Notes under the pieces: model-generated
The model's database searches: none
What the model saw: only the letters and a program-made list of their open reading frames with translations
What the model was told of the DNA's origin: nothing
Position numbers and translations under genes: made by a program
Origin: an uncultured Arcobacteraceae bacterium
GTDB taxonomy: Bacteria > Campylobacterota > Campylobacteria > Campylobacterales > Arcobacteraceae
Assembly: GCA_964564065.1 (NCBI GenBank)
Contig: CAZLZQ010000002.1
Coordinates: forward strand, 1-45,917
Length of the DNA: 45,917 bases
Direction of reading: 5' to 3'
Shown here: in pieces, positions 1 to 9,685 of the stretch
How positions within the stretch are numbered: the stretch's first letter is position 1
Layout: each line of letters begins with the position of its first letter

Positions 1-76
1 ATTTAATTGTCAAGAGTTTATGTTTAACTAGAGCTTAAATTTGGGAATTCTTTTTGTTATGATTTTTAAATCATTT

Positions 77-109
77 TTCACGATTCTTTCACATACTTTA
101 TTGTATAAT
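77..109 (+). promoter_or_regulatory. sigma70 -10 (TATAAT 104-109) preceded by a TTCAC-N6-TTCAC direct repeat (77-81, 88-92)
   Basis: Read directly from the sequence. An 11-bp-period tandem repeat is typical of OmpR/PhoB-family sites (inference). Confidence 0.45.
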
Positions 110-126
110 TATTACTTAATAAATAT

Positions 127-456
127 ATGCAAGGATTACTATTGTTACATCAACAACTATTACAACAACAATTAGCACAAGAATCAAATAAATCATCATT
201 TAATGAGATGCCACAAAATATTATCTCAACATTAGATAATATGGCATATGAAATTGCACAAAAAGAAGATTTAGATTCTTTTGATGTTAAACAAAAACTT
301 GTAACAAATATTAATAAGCTTGTAGATAAAGATGTTGAATATTTAGTAAATCAAATGTCAATACTAATAGATAAGTCTGTACATGAAGAAGAATCTATTA
401 CAGATAAGAATGTTGAAAAAGATTTTATTTCATTTTTAATAAGACTATATTACTAG
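127..456 (+). CDS. hypothetical protein, Gln-rich N-terminus, acidic and probably helical
   Basis: 109-aa ORF. An alternative in-frame TTG start at 142 has AAGGA at 131-135 as RBS. No recognisable motif. Confidence 0.7.
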   Translation: MQGLLLLHQQLLQQQLAQESNKSSFNEMPQNIISTLDNMAYEIAQKEDLDSFDVKQKLVTNINKLVDKDVEYLVNQMSILIDKSVHEEESITDKNVEKDFISFLIRLYY

Positions 457-463
457 GTAAATT

Positions 464-976
464 ATGATTATCAATTCATCAAAAGTAAAAACTGAAGCTT
501 TATTATTATTTTGTAGAGATCTTATAGTTTCATATAAATCTAATCAAAATGATATATACAAGGTGGATATTAATACTTTGGAATTTATTGATAAAAGAGT
601 AGAAGAACTTTTGAAAGCTATTAATCTAGTTGTACAACCTATTGATTACTATATACGAAATACTAAGGTATCAAGAATATCAATTATATTAGATAGATAC
701 AATTTTATTACAAAAAATATATCTAACCATTTCAACCAAGGTGATCAATTTAATCCTGCTATGCTATGTTTTGCATTATTATGTACATGGTTTGCAGAAT
801 TAAATATAAATAGTAAAGAAAAAGAATTTATATACTTTTCAATATATCCCTATGGTGAGATATATGATAAACTTTTATTAAATACTACTAATATCAATTA
901 TAAAAAACTCAATATCAATATGCTAAATATTGCAGAAAATGTTATAAATAAACTTTTTATTTATAGGTCAAAATAG
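464..976 (+). CDS. hypothetical protein
   Basis: 170-aa ORF tightly packed between neighbours (7-nt and 2-nt gaps), with an AGGT RBS-like sequence upstream. Confidence 0.75.
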   Translation: MIINSSKVKTEALLLFCRDLIVSYKSNQNDIYKVDINTLEFIDKRVEELLKAINLVVQPIDYYIRNTKVSRISIILDRYNFITKNISNHFNQGDQFNPAMLCFALLCTWFAELNINSKEKEFIYFSIYPYGEIYDKLLLNTTNINYKKLNINMLNIAENVINKLFIYRSK

Positions 977-978
977 TT

Positions 979-2028
979 ATGTTACAAAATGATTTTATAG
1001 ATTTTAGAGATCCATTAACAGGTTTTCTTACTATATTTACTTTTATCTTTATTGCATCTTTCTTAACTTATTCTTTTGGTATATATAAAGAGAGAAAGCT
1101 TAGAAAAGAGTATCGTAAACTTTTAAAAAGATTTGAATTAGGAACACTAAAAGAGGAAGATTATATTCACCTTTATTCAACTTATAATCTTCCATTTGAT
1201 TCCATAATTTTACTTGCATCAACTTTTCTACATAAAGGGCAATACAATAAAGCTATATCTGTATATTTAGTTTTACTAGAACATGTTGAAGAGAAAGTAA
1301 AAAAAGAGGAACTTCTTGAACTTTTAGGAAATGCATATTTTAAAAGTGGTTTATTACAAAGAAGTAAAGAGATATATCTTAAAATATTAAAATTTTCACC
1401 AAGAAATACAGTAGCATTAAAACATCTTTTACTTGTTTTCCAGAATTTAAAAGATTTTAAAAAAGCAGAAGAGGTACTTGATTCTTTAGAAGAGCTAGAT
1501 GAAGATATAATAAAAGAGAGAATATATATAAAAATATTACATACCATCAATGATCCACTTTTAAGTTTTGAAACAAAATCTATTCAATTATATAATAACT
1601 TTATAATAAATAAAAAGCTAGAAAGAGTTGTAGCAGACTTTCTAATAACATTTAATAAAAATCTTTTTTGGCAAAATATTGAAGAGTTTAATATATCGAA
1701 AATTATTGATCTTCTTTGGTATCTAGATTTTGAAGATATCGATTTTGACAAAGTAAGTAAAAATAAAGCTTTACAAGAGATATTTACGGCAAAGGGATAT
1801 ATAAAAGATGTAGATCATAGTGAACTATTTGAACTTGATGTTTTAATTGCTATTAAAAATTCACCATCGAATGTAAAAGCAGATTTAAATTTTCAATTTA
1901 TATGCTCATCATGTAAAAAAACTCATCCAATATATGATTCTAGATGTCCACATTGTCATAATATTTTAACATTTATAGTGGAATTAAAATTAACAAAAGC
2001 AATATCAAACATGAAAAGTTTTGTATAA
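979..2028 (+). CDS. LapB/YciM-like TPR protein with N-terminal TM and C-terminal rubredoxin-type metal site
   Basis: N-terminal hydrophobic helix, TPR-like repeats ([18 protein letters not shown]), C-terminal CSSC...CPHC. Confidence 0.75.
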   Translation: MLQNDFIDFRDPLTGFLTIFTFIFIASFLTYSFGIYKERKLRKEYRKLLKRFELGTLKEEDYIHLYSTYNLPFDSIILLASTFLHKGQYNKAISVYLVLLEHVEEKVKKEELLELLGNAYFKSGLLQRSKEIYLKILKFSPRNTVALKHLLLVFQNLKDFKKAEEVLDSLEELDEDIIKERIYIKILHTINDPLLSFETKSIQLYNNFIINKKLERVVADFLITFNKNLFWQNIEEFNISKIIDLLWYLDFEDIDFDKVSKNKALQEIFTAKGYIKDVDHSELFELDVLIAIKNSPSNVKADLNFQFICSSCKKTHPIYDSRCPHCHNILTFIVELKLTKAISNMKSFV

Positions 2029-2038
2029 AAGGATTAAA

Positions 2039-2476
2039 ATGCTAAAACAAATATCTATATATAGTGATGGTTCAAGCCTTGGTAATCCTGGTCCTGGAGG
2101 ATGGGGAACAATTCTAGAATTTAATGGTCACACAAAAGAGTTAAGTGGTGGAGAATTAGACACTACAAATAATAAAATGGAACTAAAAGGTGCAATTGAA
2201 GGATTAAAAGCATTGAAAGAACCATGTGAAGTAAAATTAATAAGTGATTCTAAATATGTTGTTCAAGGGATTAATGAATGGCTAAAGAATTGGGTAAAGA
2301 ACAATTGGAAAACAGCATCTAAAAAACCTGTAAAAAATGTAGAACTTTGGAAAGAATATCTTGCAGTTTCTAAACAACACAAAATAAAAGCAATTTGGGT
2401 AAAAGGGCATGCAGGACATAAACAAAATGAAAGATGTGATATACTTGCAAGGAATGAAGCAGAAAAACTAAGGTAA
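2039..2476 (+). CDS. rnhA: ribonuclease HI
   Basis: [44 protein letters not shown] motifs. ATG 2039 follows AAGGA. Confidence 0.97.
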   Translation: MLKQISIYSDGSSLGNPGPGGWGTILEFNGHTKELSGGELDTTNNKMELKGAIEGLKALKEPCEVKLISDSKYVVQGINEWLKNWVKNNWKTASKKPVKNVELWKEYLAVSKQHKIKAIWVKGHAGHKQNERCDILARNEAEKLR

Positions 2477-2480
2477 GTAT

Positions 2481-3362
2481 ATGAATATAACTCAAAATAA
2501 TAATGTTTTAAAAAATAATAACATTGCAGGATTTGTATTAAAACCTAACTCAATTGAGATTAAAGATATATATTTAGATATAAAAAAATTATTTGAGAAT
2601 TCTGGAATAAAAGTTTTATTAGAATCAAGTAGTGCTCAAACTTTAAATCTAAATGATGGTATACCATTTGATATACTATGTCAAAAAAGTGATTTTTTAG
2701 TAACACTAGGTGGAGATGGAACATTAATATCTGTTGCAAGAAGAGGATTTAAATATCAAAAAGCAGTTCTAGGGATAAACCTGGGAACATTAGGATTTTT
2801 AACGGATATAATGCCAGATGAAATTGAATCATTTTTAAAAAAGTTTAAATCTAATGAATATAGAATAGATCAAAGAATGATGATAAAAGCAATTATCAAC
2901 AATAAAGAGATAGTATCTTTTAATGATGTTGTTATTAGTAGAAATACTGTAGCAGGAATGATCAGAATAGATGCAAAAATAGACGGTAAACAATTTAATA
3001 GTTACAATGGAGATGGATTAATAATATCCACTCCAACAGGATCAACCGCATATAATCTTTCTTGTAATGGTCCAGTTGTTTATCCTCTTACAGATGCTTT
3101 TATTGTTACCCCTATTTCAGCACACTCTTTAACTCAAAGACCACTTGTACTACCTGTTGATTTTGAGATAAATTTTGTGAATACAAATAACGAATCAGCA
3201 GTTATTATCATAGATGGGCATGATACATATGAGCTAAAACCAAATGATACAGTAACAATAAAAGTAGCATCATTAAAAGCACAATTAATTCATAGATATG
3301 AACGAAATTATTTTGATGTATTAAATAAAAAATTACATTGGGGAAAAGGATATTTAAATTGA
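2481..3362 (+). CDS. nadK: NAD(+) kinase
   Basis: LGGDGT, GINLGTLGFL, ND, GDGLIISTPTGSTAYNLS motifs. Confidence 0.96.
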   Translation: MNITQNNNVLKNNNIAGFVLKPNSIEIKDIYLDIKKLFENSGIKVLLESSSAQTLNLNDGIPFDILCQKSDFLVTLGGDGTLISVARRGFKYQKAVLGINLGTLGFLTDIMPDEIESFLKKFKSNEYRIDQRMMIKAIINNKEIVSFNDVVISRNTVAGMIRIDAKIDGKQFNSYNGDGLIISTPTGSTAYNLSCNGPVVYPLTDAFIVTPISAHSLTQRPLVLPVDFEINFVNTNNESAVIIIDGHDTYELKPNDTVTIKVASLKAQLIHRYERNYFDVLNKKLHWGKGYLN

Positions 3363-4888
3363 TTAGTAGATTTTATTTAGAAGATTATTTATCATTCAAA
3401 CAAATTGACGTTGAATTTAAAAAGGGTTTAGTAGTATTCACAGGACCAAGTGGTGCAGGTAAATCAGTTTTAATGAACTCTATATTATCACTTTTTGCAA
3501 CAACTGAGGCTAAAGCAAAAATTAGTGAAGTGATTTTAGAAGATTTATCTATAACAAATGAAAATTATTCTATAGATAAAGCTGATGATATAATTATAAA
3601 GCAAACTACTACTTCTAAAACTAGATATTTATTAAACAATCAAGCAATTTCTAAAAAAAATTTAAAAGAGTTCACATCATCATTTTCTTCATATCTTCAT
3701 CTAAAAGATATAAGTGATTTTCAAAGTTCAAAGATCATTGAATTTTTAGATATATTATCTGGACAAAAGAATACTACTTACATAGATTTACTAGCTAAAT
3801 TTAAAAATGAATACCAAGAACTTTCTATTCTTCAAAAAAAATTAAAAAAAATTTTATCAGATGAAAAAGATATTAATGATCTTATTGAATTTGCAAAATT
3901 TGAAATTGAAAAAATATCTTCTATTGATCCAAAAGAGGAAGAATATGAAGAGTTAAAAATTATTAAAAGTAATCTATCTAAAAAAGATAAAATAAAAGAA
4001 ATACTAGAAGATACTCAACCATTCTTAAATAATACACATAAAATCTCTTCTGCATTAGAGATGTTAGATATAAATAGTGACTTTTTTGACGATGCAATAA
4101 ATGAAGTAAATAATGCATTTGAAAAATTTTATGATAGTGTAAATTCTTTAGATGATACCGATATAGAAGATGTATTGGACAGAATAGAACAATTATCAGC
4201 ATTAAATAAAAGATTTGGATCTATTCCTGAAGCACTAAAATATATGGATGAAAAAAAGATTGAACTTGAAAGATATGAAAACATATCATTTGAAAAATCT
4301 ATCCTTGAAAAAAATATAAATAAGTTAATTAAAAAAATTGAACTACTTGCTGTTGATATTTCAATAATAAGAAAAGAAAATATAAAAATATTTGAAAAGA
4401 AAATAAATGAATATTTAAAATATTTATATTTAGAAAATTTAACAATAAATATCGATAAACAATCTATGGATGAAACAGGAATTGATACTATTGAATTTAA
4501 TCTAAATGGTATAAAACTCGATAAGATAAGTAGTGGAGAATTTAATCGTTTAAGATTAGCACTTTTAACAGCAAGAAGTTTTTATGAGATTGATACTAAT
4601 GGTATATTATTTTTAGATGAAATTGATGCAAACTTAAGCGGTAAAGAGAGTCAAAGTATTGCTAAAGTACTAGAAGAGTTATCTAAAAGTTACCAAATTT
4701 TTGCAATATCTCATCAACCACAACTAAGTGCTACAGCTTCTCAACATTTTATGGTAACAAAAACCAATAATATATCATCCTTAAAATTATTAAATCATAA
4801 AGAAAGAATAGATGAAATTGCCAGAATGATAAGTGGTGAAGATATAACAAAAGAGGCTTTAGACTTTTCAAAACAATTATTACAATAA
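3359..4888 (+). CDS. recN: DNA repair protein RecN
   Basis: Walker A TGPSGAGKS, long coiled coil, SSGE signature, LFLDEIDA, ISHQPQ, EIARMISG. TTG start overlaps the nadK stop; classic nadK-recN pair. Confidence 0.92.
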   Translation: MISRFYLEDYLSFKQIDVEFKKGLVVFTGPSGAGKSVLMNSILSLFATTEAKAKISEVILEDLSITNENYSIDKADDIIIKQTTTSKTRYLLNNQAISKKNLKEFTSSFSSYLHLKDISDFQSSKIIEFLDILSGQKNTTYIDLLAKFKNEYQELSILQKKLKKILSDEKDINDLIEFAKFEIEKISSIDPKEEEYEELKIIKSNLSKKDKIKEILEDTQPFLNNTHKISSALEMLDINSDFFDDAINEVNNAFEKFYDSVNSLDDTDIEDVLDRIEQLSALNKRFGSIPEALKYMDEKKIELERYENISFEKSILEKNINKLIKKIELLAVDISIIRKENIKIFEKKINEYLKYLYLENLTINIDKQSMDETGIDTIEFNLNGIKLDKISSGEFNRLRLALLTARSFYEIDTNGILFLDEIDANLSGKESQSIAKVLEELSKSYQIFAISHQPQLSATASQHFMVTKTNNISSLKLLNHKERIDEIARMISGEDITKEALDFSKQLLQ

Positions 4889-4920
4889 ACCACTTAAATC
4901 AATTTTAAACTTAAATTAGG

Positions 4921-4926
4921 TAAAAT
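4921..4926 (+). promoter_or_regulatory. probable -10 box (TAAAAT) for rpsB-tsf
   Basis: TAAAAT about 40 nt upstream of the t44 leader, with periodic T-tracts further upstream. Confidence 0.5.
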
Positions 4927-4965
4927 CGCATTCCTTTAAATTAAACTTATTTAATTTATTGTGAA

Positions 4966-5040
4966 ATACACATGTAACAATTCTTAAAAGAGTTGCAATT
5001 TATTTAATAGATTGTGAATGGTTACAGAGGAATAAACTCA
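4966..5040 (+). ncRNA. t44 / ribosomal protein S2 leader RNA (rpsB 5'UTR autoregulatory element)
   Basis: ACAC start; stem TGTAAC (4973-78)/GTTACA (5021-26); inner hairpin GCAATTTA/TAGATTGT; GAGG after the stem; pseudoknot GAGTT (4990-94)/AACTC (5035-39). Same architecture as E. coli t44, directly upstream of rpsB. Confidence 0.85.
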
Positions 5041-5079
5041 AAATTAATCTGCCAAAAATGGCGAAAAGAAGGAACTATT

Positions 5080-5859
5080 ATGGTTACAATGAAAGACTTA
5101 TTAGAATGTGGTGTACACTTTGGTCACCAAACAAGAAGATGGAATCCAAAAATGAAAAAATTCATTTTCGGTGTTAGAAAAAATATTTATATTATAGATT
5201 TACAAAAAACTCTTAGATATTTCAGATATACATATACATTAGTTAGAGATGAAGCTGCTAAAGGTAAATCAATGATTTTTGTTGGTACAAAAAAACAAGC
5301 TTCTGAAGCTATCAAAAAAGCTGCATTAGATTGTGGTATGCCATATGTAAATCACAGATGGTTAGGTGGAATGTTAACAAACTACCCTACAATGAAAAAA
5401 TCAATTAGAAAACTTGAAATCATCAAAAAAATGAGAGAAGAGGGTCAACTTGATCTTATGACTAAAAAAGAAGCATTAATGCTTACTAGAAAAGAAAGAA
5501 AACTAGAAGATTATCTTGGTGGAATTAAAGATATGAAAGATCTTCCTGATATGATGTTTGTTATTGATGCAGTAAAAGAAAAAATTGCTATTTTAGAAGC
5601 TAGAAGATTAGGTATCAAAGTTTATGCTCCACTTGATACTAACTGTGATCCTGATTTAGTTGACTTCCCAATTCCAGGAAATGATGATGCTATTAGATCA
5701 ATTCAACTTTTCTGTAACGAAATGGCAGCAGCTATGAACGAAGGTAAAGCAGCATTAGCTGAAGAATCTGGTGAAGAAGTTGAAGTAACTGAAGCAGAAA
5801 TTGCTGAAGTAACTGAAGAAGCTAAAGAAGAAGCAACTGCTTCAACAGAAGAGGTATAA
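5080..5859 (+). CDS. rpsB: 30S ribosomal protein S2
   Basis: [43 protein letters not shown] 5080 follows AAGGA. Confidence 0.99.
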   Translation: MVTMKDLLECGVHFGHQTRRWNPKMKKFIFGVRKNIYIIDLQKTLRYFRYTYTLVRDEAAKGKSMIFVGTKKQASEAIKKAALDCGMPYVNHRWLGGMLTNYPTMKKSIRKLEIIKKMREEGQLDLMTKKEALMLTRKERKLEDYLGGIKDMKDLPDMMFVIDAVKEKIAILEARRLGIKVYAPLDTNCDPDLVDFPIPGNDDAIRSIQLFCNEMAAAMNEGKAALAEESGEEVEVTEAEIAEVTEEAKEEATASTEEV

Positions 5860-5861
5860 TA

Positions 5862-6911
5862 ATGTCAGCAGCTACTCCAAAACTAATTAAAGAGTTAAGA
5901 GAGAAATCTGGTGCTGGTATGCTTGATTGTAAGAAAGCACTAGTAGCTACTGAAGGTAACATGGAAGAAGCTATTAAACATTTAAGAGAAGCTGGTTTAT
6001 CTAAAGCCGCTAAAAAATCTTCAAATGTAGCAGCAGAAGGTCTAGTTTCAATGTTAGTAAATGATGACTATACAAAGATCACTATGGTTGAGCTAAACTC
6101 TCAAACTGATTTTGTTGCTAAAAATGCAGATTTCTTAGCACTTAAAGATGAGATCACTTCACATGTTCAATCTACAGGTGTATCTACAACTGAAGAGTTA
6201 AATGCTACAGAAATAAACGGTGAAAACTTTGAGACTTACTTAAATGGTAAAATTGCTATTATTGGTGAAAATATTGTAGCTAGAAAAATGATCACTGTAT
6301 CTTCTGATACTGGTATTGTAAATGGATATGTACATTTAGGTAAAGTTGGTGTTATTTTATCAGCTACTTGTGCTCCAGAAGCAAGAGAAAAAACTGCAGA
6401 TATTCTTAAAAAAGTAGCTATGCATGCTGCTTCTATGAAACCATCTGTTATCTCTTATGAAGATTTTTCTCCAGAATTTGTAGAATCTGAAAATAAAGGT
6501 ATCATTGCTGATATTGAAAAATTAAATATCGAGTTACATAGACTTGGTAAACCAGAAAAAAATATTCCAGAATTTGTTTCAGCTTCTCAATTAACTGAAG
6601 AAGCTATCAAAGCTGCTGAAGCTAGAATGACTGAAGAGTTAAAAGCTGAAGGTAAACCAGAAAAAATTATTCCAAATATTTTAAAAGGTAAAATTGCAAG
6701 ATGGATAGAAGACAACAGTCAACTTGATAAAGCACATGCACTATTATCTCAAAATTATGTTATGGATGATTCTATGACAGTTGAACAAGCTCTTAAAGCT
6801 TGTGATGAGTCTATCGAAATAGTTGAATATGTAAGATATGAACTAGGTGATGGAATTGAGAAAAAAGAAGAAGATTTCGCAGCAGAAGTTGCTGCTCAAA
6901 TGGCTAAATAG
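5862..6911 (+). CDS. tsf: translation elongation factor Ts
   Basis: IKELREKSGAGMLDCKKAL, AAEG, ELNSQTDFVAKN, EDFAAEVAAQ; follows rpsB. Confidence 0.98.
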   Translation: MSAATPKLIKELREKSGAGMLDCKKALVATEGNMEEAIKHLREAGLSKAAKKSSNVAAEGLVSMLVNDDYTKITMVELNSQTDFVAKNADFLALKDEITSHVQSTGVSTTEELNATEINGENFETYLNGKIAIIGENIVARKMITVSSDTGIVNGYVHLGKVGVILSATCAPEAREKTADILKKVAMHAASMKPSVISYEDFSPEFVESENKGIIADIEKLNIELHRLGKPEKNIPEFVSASQLTEEAIKAAEARMTEELKAEGKPEKIIPNILKGKIARWIEDNSQLDKAHALLSQNYVMDDSMTVEQALKACDESIEIVEYVRYELGDGIEKKEEDFAAEVAAQMAK

Positions 6912-6932
6912 TATATATTAAGCCTTTGAATT

Positions 6933-7616
6933 ATGGAAGATAATCAAGATAATAAATTCAATAATTCAAAAATGCCCTTACTTGATGTAAGGGCAATCTC
7001 TCATAACTTTGACTATCCGTTATTTCAAGAGATAAATTTATCACTTCAATATGGTGAATCTATTGCTATTATAGGAATAAGTGGAAGTGGAAAGTCTACA
7101 CTACTTAATATTTTTGCATCGCTATTGATACCAAATAAAGGTGAAGTATACTACAATAATCATAATATTTTTTCACTAAACAAAAAAGAGTTACTAAATA
7201 TAAGAAGAGATGATTTTGGTATAATTTTTCAAACACATTACCTTTTTAGAGGTTTTAATGCAAATGAGAATCTACAAATATCAGAACTGCTAAGTGAAAA
7301 TAAAGTTGATACTAAGCTATTAGAAGCATTAAAAATAGACCATGTAATGAAACAAGGAATTGGAGAACTAAGTGGTGGACAACAACAAAGATTATCTTGT
7401 GCAAGAGTTTTAACAAAAAAGCCAAAGATAATATTTGCAGATGAACCTACTGGAAATTTAGATACCCAAACAGCCAATGAAGTTATCAATGTTTTGTTTG
7501 ATTACGTAAAAGAAAACAATGCAGGTATGATTATGGTTACACATGAAGATAATATTGCATTTAGATGTGATAGAGTTTTTAAACTTACAAACCATAGATT
7601 GGAACAAATAAAATGA
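6933..7616 (+). CDS. ABC transporter ATP-binding protein (LolD/MacB-type)
   Basis: GISGSGKST, LSGGQQQR, FADEPTGNLD, VTH. Start could be 6933 or 6972. Confidence 0.88.
   Translation: MEDNQDNKFNNSKMPLLDVRAISHNFDYPLFQEINLSLQYGESIAIIGISGSGKSTLLNIFASLLIPNKGEVYYNNHNIFSLNKKELLNIRRDDFGIIFQTHYLFRGFNANENLQISELLSENKVDTKLLEALKIDHVMKQGIGELSGGQQQRLSCARVLTKKPKIIFADEPTGNLDTQTANEVINVLFDYVKENNAGMIMVTHEDNIAFRCDRVFKLTNHRLEQIK
6973..6995 (+). other. GC-rich RNA hairpin inside the 5' end of the ABC ATPase gene
   Basis: TGCCCTTAC-TTGAT-GTAAGGGCA, a perfect 9-bp stem. Preceded by a 10-bp inverted repeat at 6925-6934/6961-6970. Confidence 0.65.
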
Positions 7617-8470
7617 ATAAAACATTAATTTTAATATCAAAAACACCTATTGTTGTTCAAATCTTTACTCTTGTATGTAAAAAATTAAATATTAGACTAG
7701 AAGTATTAAAAGAAGCACAAATAGATCATAAAGTTGATATCACTGTAGTTGATAAAAATTTAATTGATGATAGATTTAATATTTTAAAAACATACTCTAA
7801 ACAAATTGGTGCCATCTCAAATAAGGAACTATCATTTGAGATGGCAAACAATTTTTTAATACCTCTACCTTTTTTACCATCTACTTTAGAAAGTATATTA
7901 GACGAGCAACTTCAAATCATAAGAAAAAAAGAAAAATCAAAAACTTATATTTCAAATGTACCTGCTAGTGAGATTGATGAAAGCCTTATACAAGTAAACC
8001 ATCAAAATACTCAAGAGCTAGAACCAGCAATAGATTATTTAGAAAACCTTGCAGAAGATATAGCCCATGATGTAAAAGGTGAAGCAGATGAAAGTATTGT
8101 CAGTATCTCTTCTATTGAAAATCAAGGTGGAATTTTAGATACAACAGAATTATCAAAAATTGAAAGTATGTTTAATGAAGATGACAGATTATATGATAAT
8201 AAAGAGAAGGATTTTATAAAAAATGATAACGATGATGATGGGCAGTGGCATGATTTATCATCTATTATTGATGATGCTATCAATGAAGTAAATGCAACAA
8301 GCTCAATCTATGATAAGTTTGATAATAAACCAATAAAGGTTTTATTAAATAACTACAGCCTTACAGAACTAACTCCATTATTAAATCTACTTGATCAAGA
8401 GATAATAAATACACTTACTGATGGATATGAAGTTACTGTACAATTAAAACTAGGAAATACAGATGGATAA
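7613..8470 (+). CDS. hypothetical acidic protein, possible degenerate receiver-like N-terminus
   Basis: 285-aa ORF overlapping both neighbours; Asp/Glu-rich central region. Confidence 0.75.
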   Translation: MNKTLILISKTPIVVQIFTLVCKKLNIRLEVLKEAQIDHKVDITVVDKNLIDDRFNILKTYSKQIGAISNKELSFEMANNFLIPLPFLPSTLESILDEQLQIIRKKEKSKTYISNVPASEIDESLIQVNHQNTQELEPAIDYLENLAEDIAHDVKGEADESIVSISSIENQGGILDTTELSKIESMFNEDDRLYDNKEKDFIKNDNDDDGQWHDLSSIIDDAINEVNATSSIYDKFDNKPIKVLLNNYSLTELTPLLNLLDQEIINTLTDGYEVTVQLKLGNTDG

Positions 8471-9083
8471 ATATTTAAATAAAGGTGCTATTTTATTAAT
8501 ATCAGGACCTAGTGGATGTGGAAAAAGTTCATTACTTAAAGAAGTATATAAGAAATTTGACAACTATTATTTCTCTATATCTACAACTACTAGACAACCT
8601 AGAGAAAATGAAAAAGATGGTGTAGATTATTTTTTTATTGACAAGGAAGAGTTTACTAAAGATATAGATAATAATCTTTTTCTAGAGTGGGCAGAAGTTC
8701 ATGGAAATTATTATGGAACTTCGTTAAAACCTATAAATAAAGCGTTAGATAAAGGCAAGTTAGTAATATTTGATATTGATGTTCAAGGTTTTGAACAAGT
8801 TATTAAAAAACTAAGAGATATTACAACAACCGTATTTATTACAACACCAAGTCTTAAAGAGCTAGAAAAAAGACTTTATGGAAGAGCTACAGATGATGAA
8901 GAAACTATCAATAAAAGAATTTTAAATGCTAAAAAGGAGATAGAGTATATAGATCAATATGATTATTTAATAATAAATGATGATTTAGAAATAGCCTCTA
9001 ATCAACTTACATCTATTGCTACAAGTACTTTAGCAAAATCATCTATTTTTGATATAAAAAGTATAATAAAACAATGGAAATAA
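8463..9083 (+). CDS. gmk: guanylate kinase
   Basis: ISGPSGCGKSS, STTTRQPRENEKDGVDYFF, EWAEVHGNYYGT, DIDVQG. Confidence 0.97.
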   Translation: MDKYLNKGAILLISGPSGCGKSSLLKEVYKKFDNYYFSISTTTRQPRENEKDGVDYFFIDKEEFTKDIDNNLFLEWAEVHGNYYGTSLKPINKALDKGKLVIFDIDVQGFEQVIKKLRDITTTVFITTPSLKELEKRLYGRATDDEETINKRILNAKKEIEYIDQYDYLIINDDLEIASNQLTSIATSTLAKSSIFDIKSIIKQWK

Positions 9084-9105
9084 TAAACTAAATAGTTTAT
9101 TATTT
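9078..9105. terminator. probable bidirectional terminator hairpin between convergent gmk and methyltransferase genes
   Basis: AAATAATAAACTA-AA-TAGTTTATTATTT, a 13-bp inverted repeat spanning both stop codons. Confidence 0.55.
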
Positions 9106-9684
9106 TATAACTTTTAGTCTAAATTCCATCTCTTCTACTACATTATAGTAATGAATTAAAGCAAAATCTAATTCATCTTTTGATATTAAATTATTTTCAA
9201 ATTTATTTTGCCAATATGGCATAAGTTTTATTTTATTATATACAACTTCAAAATCTATATCTAAAAATAAAGCTAAAGTTGTATTAGCCCATCCATTTTT
9301 TACTGATTGATTGTTTTTTTCTTTTGAAAATAGATTTAATATATTTAAAGTAATTGGTCTAACATGAGTGGGATCACCTAAATATGCATCACTTCTAGGA
9401 TGAGGAACATTTATATGTATAATTGTATTCTTTGAAGATATTCGATATAACTCTTGCATAATATTTAGAAAAGTATCAGAATCTTTTCCTAAATGCTCTA
9501 AAACATGAGATAAAATAATCTCATCAACACTATTTTTTTTCCATGGCCATGGAAAAACTTCAAGATCTACTTTTTTTTCAGGACTACCATATTTATCAAC
9601 GTTTACAAATCCATCTAGAATTTTACTACCACAGCCAAGATTTAGCTTAAGCTTTTTCTTCTTTTTATCTTTTTTCTTTTTCAT
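9100..9684 (-). CDS. class I SAM-dependent methyltransferase (Methyltransf_11-like)
   Basis: KLNLGCG motif I, NVD, SVDEIILSHVLEHL, DPTH. Confidence 0.8.
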   Translation of the reverse strand: MKKKKDKKKKKLKLNLGCGSKILDGFVNVDKYGSPEKKVDLEVFPWPWKKNSVDEIILSHVLEHLGKDSDTFLNIMQELYRISSKNTIIHINVPHPRSDAYLGDPTHVRPITLNILNLFSKEKNNQSVKNGWANTTLALFLDIDFEVVYNKIKLMPYWQNKFENNLISKDELDFALIHYYNVVEEMEFRLKVIK

Positions 9685-9685
9685 A

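Noticed and set aside
8-13. TTGACA on the minus strand at the left edge
   Set aside because: Possibly the -35 of a divergent gene, but its -10 and gene lie outside the window.
148-180. CAA repeats as a contingency locus
   Set aside because: Interrupted, at most 3 perfect units, and in-frame.
5014-5079. 22-aa N-terminal extension of RpsB in the ORF track
   Set aside because: It overlaps the t44 leader, and the SD supports ATG 5080. Similar over-long starts were trimmed for rnhA, recN, the EAL regulator, cytochrome c553, the CZB MCP and tgt.
5760-5856. Repeated TGAAGTAACTGAAG in the rpsB 3' end
   Set aside because: Ordinary low-complexity acidic S2 tail.
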